A stretch of DNA of 64,000 bases from Cyanophora paradoxa CCMP329 (taxonomy: Eukaryota; Plantae; Glaucophyta): positions 186,001-250,000 of the forward strand of contig QPMI01000103.1 in the NCBI GenBank assembly GCA_004431415.1, read 5' to 3'. The position numbers and the translations under genes are program-made. Within the stretch, counting starts at the first letter, position 1, and each line of letters opens with the position of its first letter. The notes beneath the pieces are model-generated. The model did no database searches. It was not told where the DNA came from and saw only the letters and a list, made by a program, of their open reading frames with translations. Below are positions 1 to 10,900 of this stretch, in pieces.

Positions 1-746
1 ACTAAACCAGACTGAAACTAAACGCCGAGCTCGCCCAGGTCCGCGGAGACCTTAGTGGGGGGAGAATCAACTTTCGGCCGACCACGGGGGCTTATAAAGG
101 GCTTCAATACGAGTTAATGGAGCATAGTATCCGGTCCGGCAGATCACTTTTAGAGACGACTTCCTGGCACCGTTGCCGGGCCGCTGGGCCACGGGAATCG
201 CTGCCGCGGGCGCGTTCTCTTTCCTCGCGCACTAGTCTGCATCTAACCTCGAGTTCTGCTTGTCCAGATTTCCCTGGCGAGCTCTCCACGCGAAGCTGCA
301 GCGGAGTGCCGCGCTTTTTTGGTGCGCGCTTGCCAGGCCACGGCGCCGCTCTTAAGCTTTATACATGATCTTAAATAACTCTTCAATACGCGCTGCTGCG
401 CGCCTTCAGATCGCCCCCATCAGAACACCCATCGTCTGACCTTATTCTGACATTATCTCCTAGGACGGGCGTCTCGGCCCGGCGGCGGCCGCGGGCAGCT
501 CCGCGCGGCTCCCCGTGCGCGACACCGCACGGCACATCCACATGCCGAGCGCGGCGTCCGGCGCCGCGGCCTGCGAGGAGCGCGGGCCCGGATCCGCAAT
601 ATCTCCTGGAGAACCACTGCCCTTTTGCCGCTTTTCAATTCCGTCTGCATGTTTAGATGTAGAACAGTACCGTATACGTAGTACTAGTACTAGTGCTTAT
701 CATATTAAGAGTGCGAGTTCCGATGCTTCTATGTGTGCTGGCGCGC

Positions 747-990
747 TCAGCCTGATTCAGCCTGACCAGCCGACTCCAGCCTGATAACTATTCGAATTAG
801 GCTTGGGTGCAGGCTGGAGTCCAGCCTGTAAAGAAATCAGGCTAGCCTGATAGCTAATCAGGCTAGCCTGTTTGGCAATCAGGCTGGATTCAGGCTGGCG
901 GCTCAGCCTGATTCCAGCCTGTTTTCGAATCAGGCTAGCCTGATATTAATCAGGCTGAAACAGGCTCCGGCGACCCCCCTTTTACTAGTG
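747..990. mobile_element. Terminus of a CACTA/EnSpm DNA transposon with subterminal repeat array (rest lies upstream or outside the window)
   Basis: Ends ...CCCCCCTTTTACTAGTG at 990 (reverse complement CACTAGTAAAAGGGGGG). About 220 bp upstream carry >15 copies of CAGCCTG/CAGGCT in both orientations, which is typical CACTA architecture. The other end and TSD are not visible. Confidence 0.7.
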
Positions 991-1109
991 TGCAAGCTCT
1001 ATCAAGCACGAGTGCCGGGCAGCGTGCTCGGCTGCGCGCAGCGGCGCGTGCTCGGTACGCAGTGCTGCGGTGCAAACTTGATGCAGTCAAAAGTAGTTCA
1101 GGCGTCACG

Positions 1110-1631
1110 GATACCGTGCGGCGTACGCGGCGCACTGCAAGGAATTCGAAGCGGAAATCTAGAGGAGACAGCTAGGAAGTACACACGCACGTGCACTGTG
1201 ATTGTATGCAGAACCGCGCAACGAAGAGCAAGGCGTACGCGACGCTCTGCGACGAAGCCGAAATCTAGAGGAGACAGCTAGGGAGAACTGGTTCCCAAGG
1301 CGTACGCGACGCACTGCGAGGAAGCCGAAATTTAGAGGAGACAGCTAGCTATATATATAGGGAGAACTGGTTCCATGCAGAACCGCGGAAGGAAGAGCCC
1401 GAAGGTAGTGAAAAATTGGTTTTCCCCTCTCAGAACACTTCTCGCGAGTTCGAGAGAGCTCTCGCGAGCTCGAAAGCTGACCGGTCCACCGAGCCAATCA
1501 GATCGCGAATAACGGCACATTTTCGTTGCAAACTGGACCTCGAAAACGGCCTCATAGAAAACTTTTGGCTGAAGCGAGGGAACGGGAAGCAAGGGGGGGA
1601 AGACCTTCGGTCTTCTTTTCCCCCCTTGCAA
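1110..1631 (-). mobile_element. Partial (5' part) copy of the Helitron2/Helentron-like family also present at 19638-21176
   Basis: Reverse complement aligns with 19638-20105, including the TCTAGAGGAGACAGCTAG-containing tandem units. Terminal hairpin GCAAGGGGGG...CCCCCTTGC at ~1588-1629. Confidence 0.6.
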
Positions 1632-2712
1632 CTTGGCAGGAATGCCTGCGCCATGGCGGCCCTGGTGGATCCCCGTTGCAATGCTTCCCCACTAAAGGTG
1701 AAGGGTCCCCGGCATGTCGCTCGGACCGCGCGCGGCACTGCGTTTGTTCTGAAGACGTCGGCATCGCAGGGGCCGGACTCACGATCATTGTCGATAGCAC
1801 TGAACTCGTGCGTCTAGATCTATACCTATCTTGGCGCAACCCCGGCCGCACATCCACATTAATGTCTGCTTGCATTTCTGCAGGCCGTCTCTAATGGCGC
1901 TCCCCCGCTTGTCTACGAGCTCGATAGCGATCTCAACAGTGTAAGTTCAGCAAATTAGCTAGCGCTGTTTCCGTATGTTGACTCTGATGGCGTCCAAATT
2001 TCCGCCCTCGCGCGCGCAGCTACAGAATATCATCAAAGCCGCGCAAATTAAACAGAAGCCCGACCCCATGCAGCTGAAAGACCGACTCAAAAGAATGCAT
2101 GTACGCGATCGCTATGATTTCTTGCTGAATTGCATTTCGAAAGGCAGATCTAGACGTCGACCTCTAACTATCGGAGCTGTACATGTACCAGGCGCATTAT
2201 GCTCAACTCGGGCAACCGATTCCAGAAGAGTTCTACGGACCTGTCTGCAGCGTGCGACCTTGGTCTCTGCCTTTACACCAGGTGCTTGCAATTGATGACC
2301 GAGCAAGAGCAGGTGCTGGATCGGATCGTCGAATTCGCTCGAAAGGAAGGGAAGCAAAGAGAACTCGTCGCTGCCAATCTACCGGTACCAGACAAGGTGA
2401 GAAGCCCAAGCTTCGTGTTAATTTTATAAGACAGAGCTGCGATTCTGACTCTCTCTTCAAAATCGTTTTCTCGCATGTGCACAGTCAAGATATCTCCGAC
2501 TGGCGTCCGAATGCGGTGCGCAACGTTCACGCGCACGTGCTTGCGAAAGTCGACGTCGCGCTGCAGTGGTCGTAGACGCGCGCTGGCTGGCCGAAAGAGT
2601 AAGCGCTGATTGAGCGCAAGAAAAAATCCGAATCTTTTTTTGAGCGCTTATAATATTGTGCTGAATATTAATTGTCTTTAGGTCAAGATGGACCTTGTCC
2701 CGGAGGCCGGGG

Positions 2713-2992
2713 TGTCGCGTGCGGGATTAGTGTGTCTAATCGTGCGCGCGGGACGCCCGTGCGGAGTGCAAGCTCGGCAGGGCAGGGAATGGCGAGTGTC
2801 GCTGTAGTTAGTCACCAAACCTCGACTCTGGGTGTACCCGTCCAGATACGGCGTACCCCGACACGAATACAAGTGACCGCGGCGCTCTAACTAGCCTAGG
2901 CGCCGTCGGTCCAGCAGCTCGAAGGCTGACATAATCTAGAGCCCTAGCGGCTCACAAATATAAATGAGCATCCGATAATGTCGGATGCGACA
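2713..2992 (-). repeat. 3' LTR
   Basis: Direct repeat of 7673-7952 with TG...CA ends; preceded in element orientation by the PPT. Confidence 0.95.
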
Positions 2993-3007
2993 ACTCCTCC
3001 TCTCGGA
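2993..3007 (-). promoter_or_regulatory. Polypurine tract (TCCGAGAGGAGGAGT in element orientation)
   Basis: Purine-rich tract abutting the 3' LTR. Confidence 0.8.
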
Positions 3008-3674
3008 TCCCGCGTCCGCGCGGGTCTAAATAAATACAAATCGACCGGCTACGTATACTGCCGGGAATCGAAAAAGACTCAGAGTCTGTCCGTGCCCGGC
3101 AACTGCCGGAATAAAAAAGACGCCGAGCCCGGCTATGTACATGTCCGGCGACTGCCGGGAATCGAAAAGACTGTCGCCCGGCAGGTGCCAGCACGACTCC
3201 AGCATGTAGTGCCCAGGGGGCGAGGTCCAACTTCGGGCCGGCGGCCCAGGAAACCCGCACGAGGCGAGCGGTACGGAGACAGAAGCCGAGGGGGGCCCTG
3301 CCCTCATCGCGCAGCACGTTAGCCGCAAAGGTGCACGCTGCAACAGCAACGCGGGGCGTAGCGTCGCGACAGCGCTCGATAGCCCACAGCGAAATGCCCG
3401 TCCCAATGTTTAGGGCTAAGCAGCACGTCTAGCGCCGCTGCTCAGGCACACGCCGCGCCTTCACTGCATTTATCACGGCGTCGGATCGGGTTCCCCCGAC
3501 GGCGGTGGAGCTAGGAATCTCCAGGGCGAGGCTAGGCGCCGCCCACAAGGCTCAAACCACCGTCACGCGTGACGGCAGGTGCCCTGCCCGACCCGTGCAT
3601 GCACGTCCATCACGAGGGGGACGTGACCCTCCCAGGCGAACTGCCACCGAGCGTCCCCGGTGCAGAGCCCTGAA

Positions 3675-3965
3675 TGGGGGAATTGTGCGTCCCCAGTCGT
3701 CGTGCCCGGAGTGGGATCCGGCGCCACGACCGCCTGCGTGTACCCCCACCGGCGCAAGGCGCGCCCTGGTACCACGCCAGGTCTTACACGGAGGGGGAAT
3801 TGGTCATCCCCTGTCGTCGTACCCGGAGCGGAATCCGGCGTCACGACCGCCTGCGTGTACCTCCGCCAGCGCAAGGTGCGCCCTGGTACCACGCCAGGAC
3901 TTCCATAAGGAGGCATTTTCCTCTCCTGTCGCTGTACCCGGGGCAGGACCCGGCGTCACAGCCGC
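3675..3965. repeat. ~117-bp tandem repeat (about 2.5 copies) inside the LTR element
   Basis: Recurring GTCGTxCCCGGAG...CACGACCGCCTGCGTGTAC...GCGCCCTGGTACCACGCCAGG blocks. Confidence 0.85.
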
Positions 3966-4079
3966 CTACCGACCCTTCTGCAGACGCAGGGCGCGTCCTA
4001 GGGCTCGGCTAGGTCTTTGCAAGGGTCTCCCGCCCTGTCACCGCGCCGAGCTGTGCTCAAGGCTAACGGCCGCCCGGGC

Positions 4080-4640
4080 TCACCCTTTCTGCCCGGGACT
4101 TTCGCGATGTTTCGCGGGGCTCGGAGGCCCGTCTCAGCCCAACCCTTCACGGGCGGCTCTTCACAAAGCGCTGCTCAAGGGCTAGCACAGCCGCTCTCCT
4201 GTCCTCGCCCTCTCACGGGGTCGGGACGCGGCTCAGAGCCGGCTTTCTAGATCTCATGATCAAGCCGCTCCCGCCGGAGCCGTTGGCACTGTGGCCGTGG
4301 CCTCCGGCCCGGACCACCCGCCGCCTTAACCGCCTTGGGGCCAGGCCGGCCGCATGCGAGACGGGACTCATGGGTGTCCTTCTGGCGCCGCCTCAACAGG
4401 CCGGCCGCCGGGTCTCCAAGCTCCTAGCTTGTGAGCAGGGCTCGCGGCCCGTCGCACCGCTCGGCCTGCAGCCGCAGCGTGCCGCCTGGGTGCCAACTTG
4501 TCGGGCAGTTCACCAGGTTTTTGGGCTGGGCACCAGGCCCTTGCCCCGCTAACGTTCGGTCCGGGCCCCGGAACCAACACGTGCGGCCTGGGCGCCAACT
4601 TGGCGGGCATCACCAGGACTTTAAGTTCAAGATAGTGCAA
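4080..4640 (-). pseudogene. Possible decayed integrase C-terminus (GPY/F-like) and chromodomain remnant
   Basis: Two KLAPR peptides and an EQRFVK...EP segment in broken frames, resembling Ty3/gypsy integrase tails; weak. Confidence 0.3.
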
Positions 4641-5623
4641 AGCTCTCGATGGAGCTGCTGGTGCCTGAACGCCTAGGGGCGAGCCAGGACTTTATTTCAG
4701 GGCTCGAGCTCTCGAGGGCACTGTGTGCTCATGATCAAGCTCGCCCTTCATTGGAGCTTGGAAGCTCACGATTTTCGCAGGGGCTCACGGGCCGCCTGTC
4801 AAGCTCACGGCATGCCGTCAGGCGCTCGCCGGCCGCGGGCCGGGCATCGTGCCTCTGGCATCGAGCTTCTCTTGAGAGTGCATCCCGAGCTCAAGGCTCC
4901 GCGGATTACATCTCATTTTGCAACGGCAGCTATGCCGCTCTCAGGCCGAGGAGCTCACGATCAGAGCATTAGCTGCCGCGAGGGCCAGCTACAGCGAGGG
5001 CCAGCCCTGGCCGCAAGGCCTGAGGCCACTTTCCTGGATTTCGCAAGGCCCGTGGACGCACTCAGCGACTGCAGTGCGCCGCGCGAAATCGCAGGCTTTC
5101 GACGAGAGAGTCTTGGAGGGACTCCTCCTCTCGGAAAGACTGGTACCCGCTTGGGGTTTGCGATCTGATCTCGGCCACTGGCCACAGATCTAGATTGAGG
5201 CAAGCAGGAGGGCTCGCAATTGCGGCGCCGGCCGCGGGCCTCTTTGCAGGCTTCAGCGAAAGAGGTACTCCTCCTCTCGGAAAGAGGGCACCCCGATTGG
5301 GGCCCTCTTTCGCAAGTGCTATTTGATCTCGGCCAGCGGCCACAGATCCAAGCAAGCCGTGGGGCAGGAGGGCAAGCGGCAGCAATTGCACTGCTCGTGC
5401 AGCATGCATATGCCCGTGCTCACTCCTCCTCTCGGAAGACGTCGTCCCCGACGTCTGAAATCATGTACAAGTGTACAAATATACAGCCTGCTCAGAGGCA
5501 GGTATATTGGCCGCTTATTACAGCGACACATGGGACTCTCGCAGGGGAGGCCCAGGCTCCGCGAAAAATTGAATCGCGGTTACGAGCAGGGCTGTTCTGG
5601 CGGCTGCCCAAGCCAGCCAGACC

Positions 5624-7174
5624 CTAGTGCAGCTGGTGCACGTGCTCACTCACGCTCCGCCGCAGGGCGCGCGGTCGGAGCCGCTGAGCTTGAGGGCGCA
5701 GGAAGCGCGGGCGAGCAGCCCGTGTGGGGGGGTCGGAGCAGGCACTGTGGTGGTGCCCTGCCTCGCCACAGCGACCGCAGACTTCGTCTGGGTCCTGTTT
5801 TCCCTCATCGGACCAGTACTCTTGCTCGTCGGCAGCATCCTCTTGGGATTGCTTTGGCCGATAGTACTGGCCGCGGCGCACCCAGGGGCGTACTGGGGCG
5901 AACGGGGTGCGCTTGGGGCACACATTTGCCCAATGACGCCGCGCCTCAACGGGGACGCTAGGGTCATCTGAGCACCCATAGCAGTCTGAGGGGGGGTACT
6001 CGGGGTACCCGAGCTCAGACATGCGGCGCAGCACCTCCGCGACGGCAGCAGGCGAGCGGGACTGCACGGCCCAAGAGGACCCACGTGCTGAGATCGAGGG
6101 CTGGGCCCTGGGGTCGGCGTCCCGAGGCGCAGCAGGGCCAAGGGAGCTCGAGGACTCATCCTCGGCAAACTTTGCCTGCAGGATACGGGTCCGTTTTGCC
6201 TCTGGCGGCTGAGCAGCTGCCGGTGCAGGCGGGAACACGGCACGGCAGCCGTGGCGCGTGCACTGCTCGATGAAAATATCATCAAGCTCGAGCGGCGAGA
6301 CAGCGCCGTCACGGGCAAGGAGGCGCTGCTGCAGCGCAGCGAGGAACTCGCGCATCGTGCGCTCGTTCTCTTTCGCGAAGCCGGCCATCCGAACCTCAAG
6401 GTTCTGATATTCCGGGTCCTCGCTCGTCGAGCGGGCCTCGAGCGCGATGCGCAGGCAATCCGCATAGTACGCAGCGAGCCGCTGGCCCGGCGGCAGCGTG
6501 TGCCGCACAAGGGGCATGACCCAGTCATGCCACGAGCGGGGGTCCTCGCCCGTGTAGGGCTCAGTGAGGGCCCGGCGGGCCGCATGCGGGCGCAGCTTGT
6601 GAATCCACGCCGTGATCGTATCGAGCAGCCCGGGGGCACGCAAGTACGAGTCACGCACGGCCACGATTGTGGCCTCATCACGCACGCAGCTCTGCTGCAG
6701 AGCGAGAATAGTGGCATCATCCTCGGCAGACCGCAGGTTTGCCGGGACAAGCTCGAGACGAGCGAGCGTGGCGCGGTCACGCTCTAGGAGAGCGACCGAG
6801 GCCTCATAGAGGTCACGCTTGCGCTCGATCTCAGCGCGGAGAGCGCCGGGGCGGATTCGCCCAACGATCACTCCGGCTAGTGCCTCCGACTTCGAGTACT
6901 CCTGGCCACCGGCAGAATCCGGGCCAAACAAGTACTTCGTCGGCAGGGCCGACTGGAAGTTCCGCACATCCTTCCGGAACCGGTCGCCATCGGCGAGGCG
7001 CGGATTCGCAGGCAGGAACGCGATCCGCACGGGATCATCGTCCGCCGCAGCGGAGGCAGCAAGTTGCTGCACATGCAAAGCAGCACCAGCCTGGGCATGC
7101 ACAGGCTCGATGTGCGCGAGGGCAGACAGCCGGCTACGGACTTCAGAACTGATCAGTTCAGAAGAGTTTGACAT
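5624..7174 (-). CDS. gag: Gag-like protein, 516 aa, intronless, with zinc knuckles
   Basis: Long ORF downstream of the PBS. CGRCGEAGHHHSAC is CX2CX4HX4C; an upstream CYGC-x12-HWANVC is a variant knuckle. Confidence 0.85.
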   Translation of the reverse strand: MSNSSELISSEVRSRLSALAHIEPVHAQAGAALHVQQLAASAAADDDPVRIAFLPANPRLADGDRFRKDVRNFQSALPTKYLFGPDSAGGQEYSKSEALAGVIVGRIRPGALRAEIERKRDLYEASVALLERDRATLARLELVPANLRSAEDDATILALQQSCVRDEATIVAVRDSYLRAPGLLDTITAWIHKLRPHAARRALTEPYTGEDPRSWHDWVMPLVRHTLPPGQRLAAYYADCLRIALEARSTSEDPEYQNLEVRMAGFAKENERTMREFLAALQQRLLARDGAVSPLELDDIFIEQCTRHGCRAVFPPAPAAAQPPEAKRTRILQAKFAEDESSSSLGPAAPRDADPRAQPSISARGSSWAVQSRSPAAVAEVLRRMSELGYPEYPPSDCYGCSDDPSVPVEARRHWANVCPKRTPFAPVRPWVRRGQYYRPKQSQEDAADEQEYWSDEGKQDPDEVCGRCGEAGHHHSACSDPPTRAARPRFLRPQAQRLRPRALRRSVSEHVHQLH

Positions 7175-7647
7175 GGTGTTCTCTTTGCAACGTAAAGCCG
7201 CAAGAACAAGATGCCAGGGAGAGCACTAGGCGCGGGATTTGATCTGCAGCTCGCTGCAGAATCCGATGATCCGGCGCGGAGATCTTGCGGTCACGCAAGA
7301 TCTCGGCTCAGGGACACTGGGAGTGCTGCCCGCGGCAGTCTCCGTGGCACGGTTGCTCGCAACCGGCGAAGGGACAGGCAATGATGAGACTCTCGAGAGA
7401 GAGCTCGGCGCATGCGCTTCGGTCTGGGGATGACCCGAAGCCCGCGATAGGCACTAGAGACGTTTCCGGTGCACTACCGTCCAACCGCAAGCGGTACAGG
7501 GCGGCGCACTCAAACGCAAAGCAACCGTGGGGACGGCGCTCGCGCGGAAAGCAGGTCTCTGGCTCCAATAGACACTGGGCAAGGCGGCGCAGCGATGCGC
7601 GCTGCGCGGCGGGGCTGGGGAGAGCGATACGGACTCAGACCCTTGAA

Positions 7648-7672
7648 GGTTCGATTCCGGCAGAATGGCGCC
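7648..7672 (-). promoter_or_regulatory. Primer-binding site complementary to a tRNA 3' end (geometry fits tRNA-Sec)
   Basis: The + strand reads GG-TTCGATT-CCGGCAGAATGGC-G-CC (T-loop, 13 nt, G discriminator, CC), directly abutting the 5' LTR. Confidence 0.7.
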
Positions 7673-7952
7673 TGTCGCGTGCGAGATTAGTGTGTCTAAT
7701 CGTGCGCGCGGGACGCCCGTGCGGAGTGCAAGCTCGGCAGGGCAGGGAATGGCGAGTGTCGCTGTAGTTAGTCACCAAACCTCGACTCTGGGTGTACCCG
7801 TCCAGATACGGCGTACCCCGACACGAATACAAGTGACCGCGGCGCTCTAACTAGCCTAGGCGCCGTCGGTCCAGCAGCTCGAAGGCTGACATAATCTAGA
7901 GCCCTAGCGGCTCACAAATATAAATGAGCATCCGATAATGTCGGATGCGACA
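7673..7952 (-). repeat. 5' LTR
   Basis: Direct repeat of 2713-2992. Confidence 0.95.
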
Positions 7953-10900
7953 CGGGGTGCCGGAGGTAACCGCTCTCGCCCTCGGCTGCCGCCCGCTGAC
8001 GAAGGTCTGGAATTTTATGTACATATCTCTGGAGCAAAACAATATTTTTTAATTGACGGCTTCCTAAAGGCGATTGTGGAGCGGCTTCCGCCCGACTTTC
8101 GCCCGGTGGAGATGGTTGCGGAAAAGGCGAAGTGGGAATCATGGGCCTCGACGATCCGTTCTGCGGTGCTCTTGTCCCGTTTTCGTCAACAATTAATATT
8201 TATGGGCTGTCTGACGTTAGTACTGCGCACGCGCACGTGCTCGGCCATGGCAGCAATTTGGAGAGGGCCTGGCTCGGCTTTTCCGCCACCGCAATCCGGA
8301 AAGCGCTGACCCTTCAGAAGATCAGCTTGCAGTGTTAAGAAAGCTTCATGTTGTGGTCGTGCGCTTCATGATCACACTTTCTCCACCGCAAGTACTATTC
8401 GAGAAACGAGTGCCGCGCGCGCGCTGCAGGTTCAGCGCCTGCCGACGGAACTCTTTCTAACAATTGGAAAGAACTGTACCAACGTCACTCGTCACGGTCC
8501 TCACGCCTTCGATGCTTGCCAATGCCAGAGCATGCGCATGCGCAGCTTACGCTTAATTTTCGCAGATGCTGGAAAGGATTCAACGGACTATCTGATTTAT
8601 GACGACCAGCTCAAAGCCGCCGCGATCTACCTTTGCCGCGGCAGCCGCGGCAACGCCAGCCACTTGCGCTTCGAACCCATCCTCGCGTCTGCGCTCTCAT
8701 TCAATCTCTTTTATCAGCGTCTTTCATTTAAAGCGGGTCAATGCAGGAACCGTGTGAAAGTGCTGCTTGAGCGCTTCGGTCGCTGCGAAATCGATGTCAT
8801 GGTTCTCGCGGAGATGCTCAGCGCTCCGCCCTCGGAAATCCACGAGCTCCTGTGAGCTTTAAATTTCTTATTCGCGATTCTTTTATAGCCCCGTGTTTTG
8901 TGTTGGCGGCCGACAGCGCCGCGCAGGGACTTCCACAAAATCACGGACCTGCCTGGACGCCGAGCGGAGATCGACCCCGCAGCAGAACTGAATCCTCAAG
9001 TGCGTCGATCTTCTGAAACCAATATAATATATTACATACTATTATCAGTACTACCCCAGGGTGCTGCACTTAGCAGCCCGATCCTCATGCTGGGTTCGTG
9101 GGCATGCGCAGCCGCCGGCACGGGTCATCGATTTCAGCGCGGCGGGACCGATCGCGAGTGGAGCGGGTGCGGGATCGAACTCCGCCGGGGCCAGACACAG
9201 CGCCGCCGCAAGTGAAGGGAGGCCGAGCTCAAGTTCAAGCGTGGCTGGGTCGACTGTCAGTTCGAGCCCCGGGGCAGGGCCCAGCGAAGCGGGACCCGTG
9301 GCCGGCAATCAGGCTGCCGTCAAAGTAGAACCGGCTGCCGCCGGGCCGAGCGCGAGTGCGGCCGACCCAAGTACTAGTGCTGCCGGACCGAGCAACGCAG
9401 GGCCGCAGCCGCAGCCGCCGCCACAAGAGCCGCAGCAGCACGACCAACTGCAGCCGGCTGCAGCTGCAGCTGCAGGCGCCGGCGGGGACGTCGACTGCGG
9501 GGACGATCGCGAGGACGAGGCGTTCGAGGACGCGCACGAGTACCACGAGCACGACCACAGCGACCGCGACCGCGATCCCGTCGAGGTGCACGTGCACCGC
9601 CACGTCGACGTGCGGGTCGAAGGGGGCGCCGGCCGCGACGTCGACGCGGCGGACCGCATCGTCGGAGAGAACGAGCGCCTCGCGCGGCTGATGCGCGAGG
9701 GGGTGCGCCCACATGCGCATGCTGTTGCATTCCTGCTCGACCCAACTGAGAGATGCGCGCAGATGGCGATGGGCGGCGGGCTGGGGCAGAGCATCCACGA
9801 GGCTGCGAAGAGCTTCATGATCCACAAGTGCACCGTCGTGAAGAACGAGGAGATGAACCTGTCGGCCGTCGGGGGGATCGGGCCGCCCCATTTTCAGGCG
9901 ATCACCATTTCAAAATAATTCGAAGCTCGTCTTCAACAGCCTCATGACGGCTGAATTCTCGCGCAGATTTACGTCGAGAACGGGCGCTACAACCTCGACG
10001 ACGTCGAGGTCGCCCTCAAGAACTGCGGCCTCTTCCACCGGTCGGCGCGATCTTCTTCGCGAATCGCGCGCTCGAGCTCGCAGCCGACATCCTCCCTCTC
10101 ACGCCTCTGCGGCCGCAGCCTCCTGGTCGACCTGTCCGAGGCGCTCGAGGTGGACTCGGCCGCGAAGCCCGGCTCCATCAACGTCTTCCTGGAGAACACC
10201 GTGCGCCCTACAGATCTTTCGTCGCGCCGCAAACTTTAAAGGACTCACGCGAAAGCGATATCAATTAACAGAGCAGAATCGCGTTCAACAAAGGGAACAC
10301 GCTCTTCTTCAACATCCATTACTTCAACAGGATGGGCCATGCCGCTCCATCCATCGAGGCGCAGCGCAAAGCGGCCTACTTCTGGTCTCTCTTTTTCACA
10401 CCCATGGCCCAGAAATTCAAGAAATAGTCGTGCACTTGTTTTTATTCCAAGACATGCATATGCGCAGGTACATCACCTTCTGCCACGAGCTCGCCCACAA
10501 CGTCGCTTCCGGGCACGACAAAGACCACGAGTGCTCCCTCCTGAATTTCGCGCCGCCGCCATTGCCCACGGGTTTTTCGCGCAGATTCGCAATGGAAACC
10601 ATCATGTGGTCGTGCGCTCTCTGTCGTATACATGGCTTTTGCAACAACATATTAATGCTGCTCGTGCGCGTTGCAGGAGCATGGATCGCTTTTTCAGCCT
10701 GGTTCGCCGTCTTTCGTTGATTGTAATCTGTGACTACTAACAGCAATCAGGTGCAGAAGATTGGAACAGCCAGCAACGCTCCTCTGAATTCGAAGCGGCA
10801 CAACATCGACCCTCTGGCCGTCGGCAAGGCCGCCCAAGCTGTCAAGCTGCACGCGCACGCGGAGGTCGCCGAAGCGCGTCAGGGCGCCGAATTCGAAACT

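Larger units (their letters stand above)
2713..7952 (-). mobile_element. Non-autonomous (gag-only) LTR retrotransposon, recent insertion
   Basis: Two 280-bp LTRs (TGTCGC...GCGACA) with one difference seen (2724 G / 7684 A). 5-bp TSD CGGGG at 2708-2712 and 7953-7957. PBS, PPT and an intact gag ORF on the minus strand; no long pol ORF. Confidence 0.95.

Noticed and set aside
1150-1350. CRISPR-like repeat-spacer pattern (TCTAGAGGAGACAGCTAG x3; also the PPT repeats at 5121-5436)
   Set aside because: The intervening sequences are homologous to each other, there are no cas genes, and the context is eukaryotic TE internal tandem repeats.
7590-7672. tRNA gene suggested by GGTTCGATTCC
   Set aside because: No D-arm, anticodon arm or 5' acceptor strand upstream; it is the retroelement PBS.
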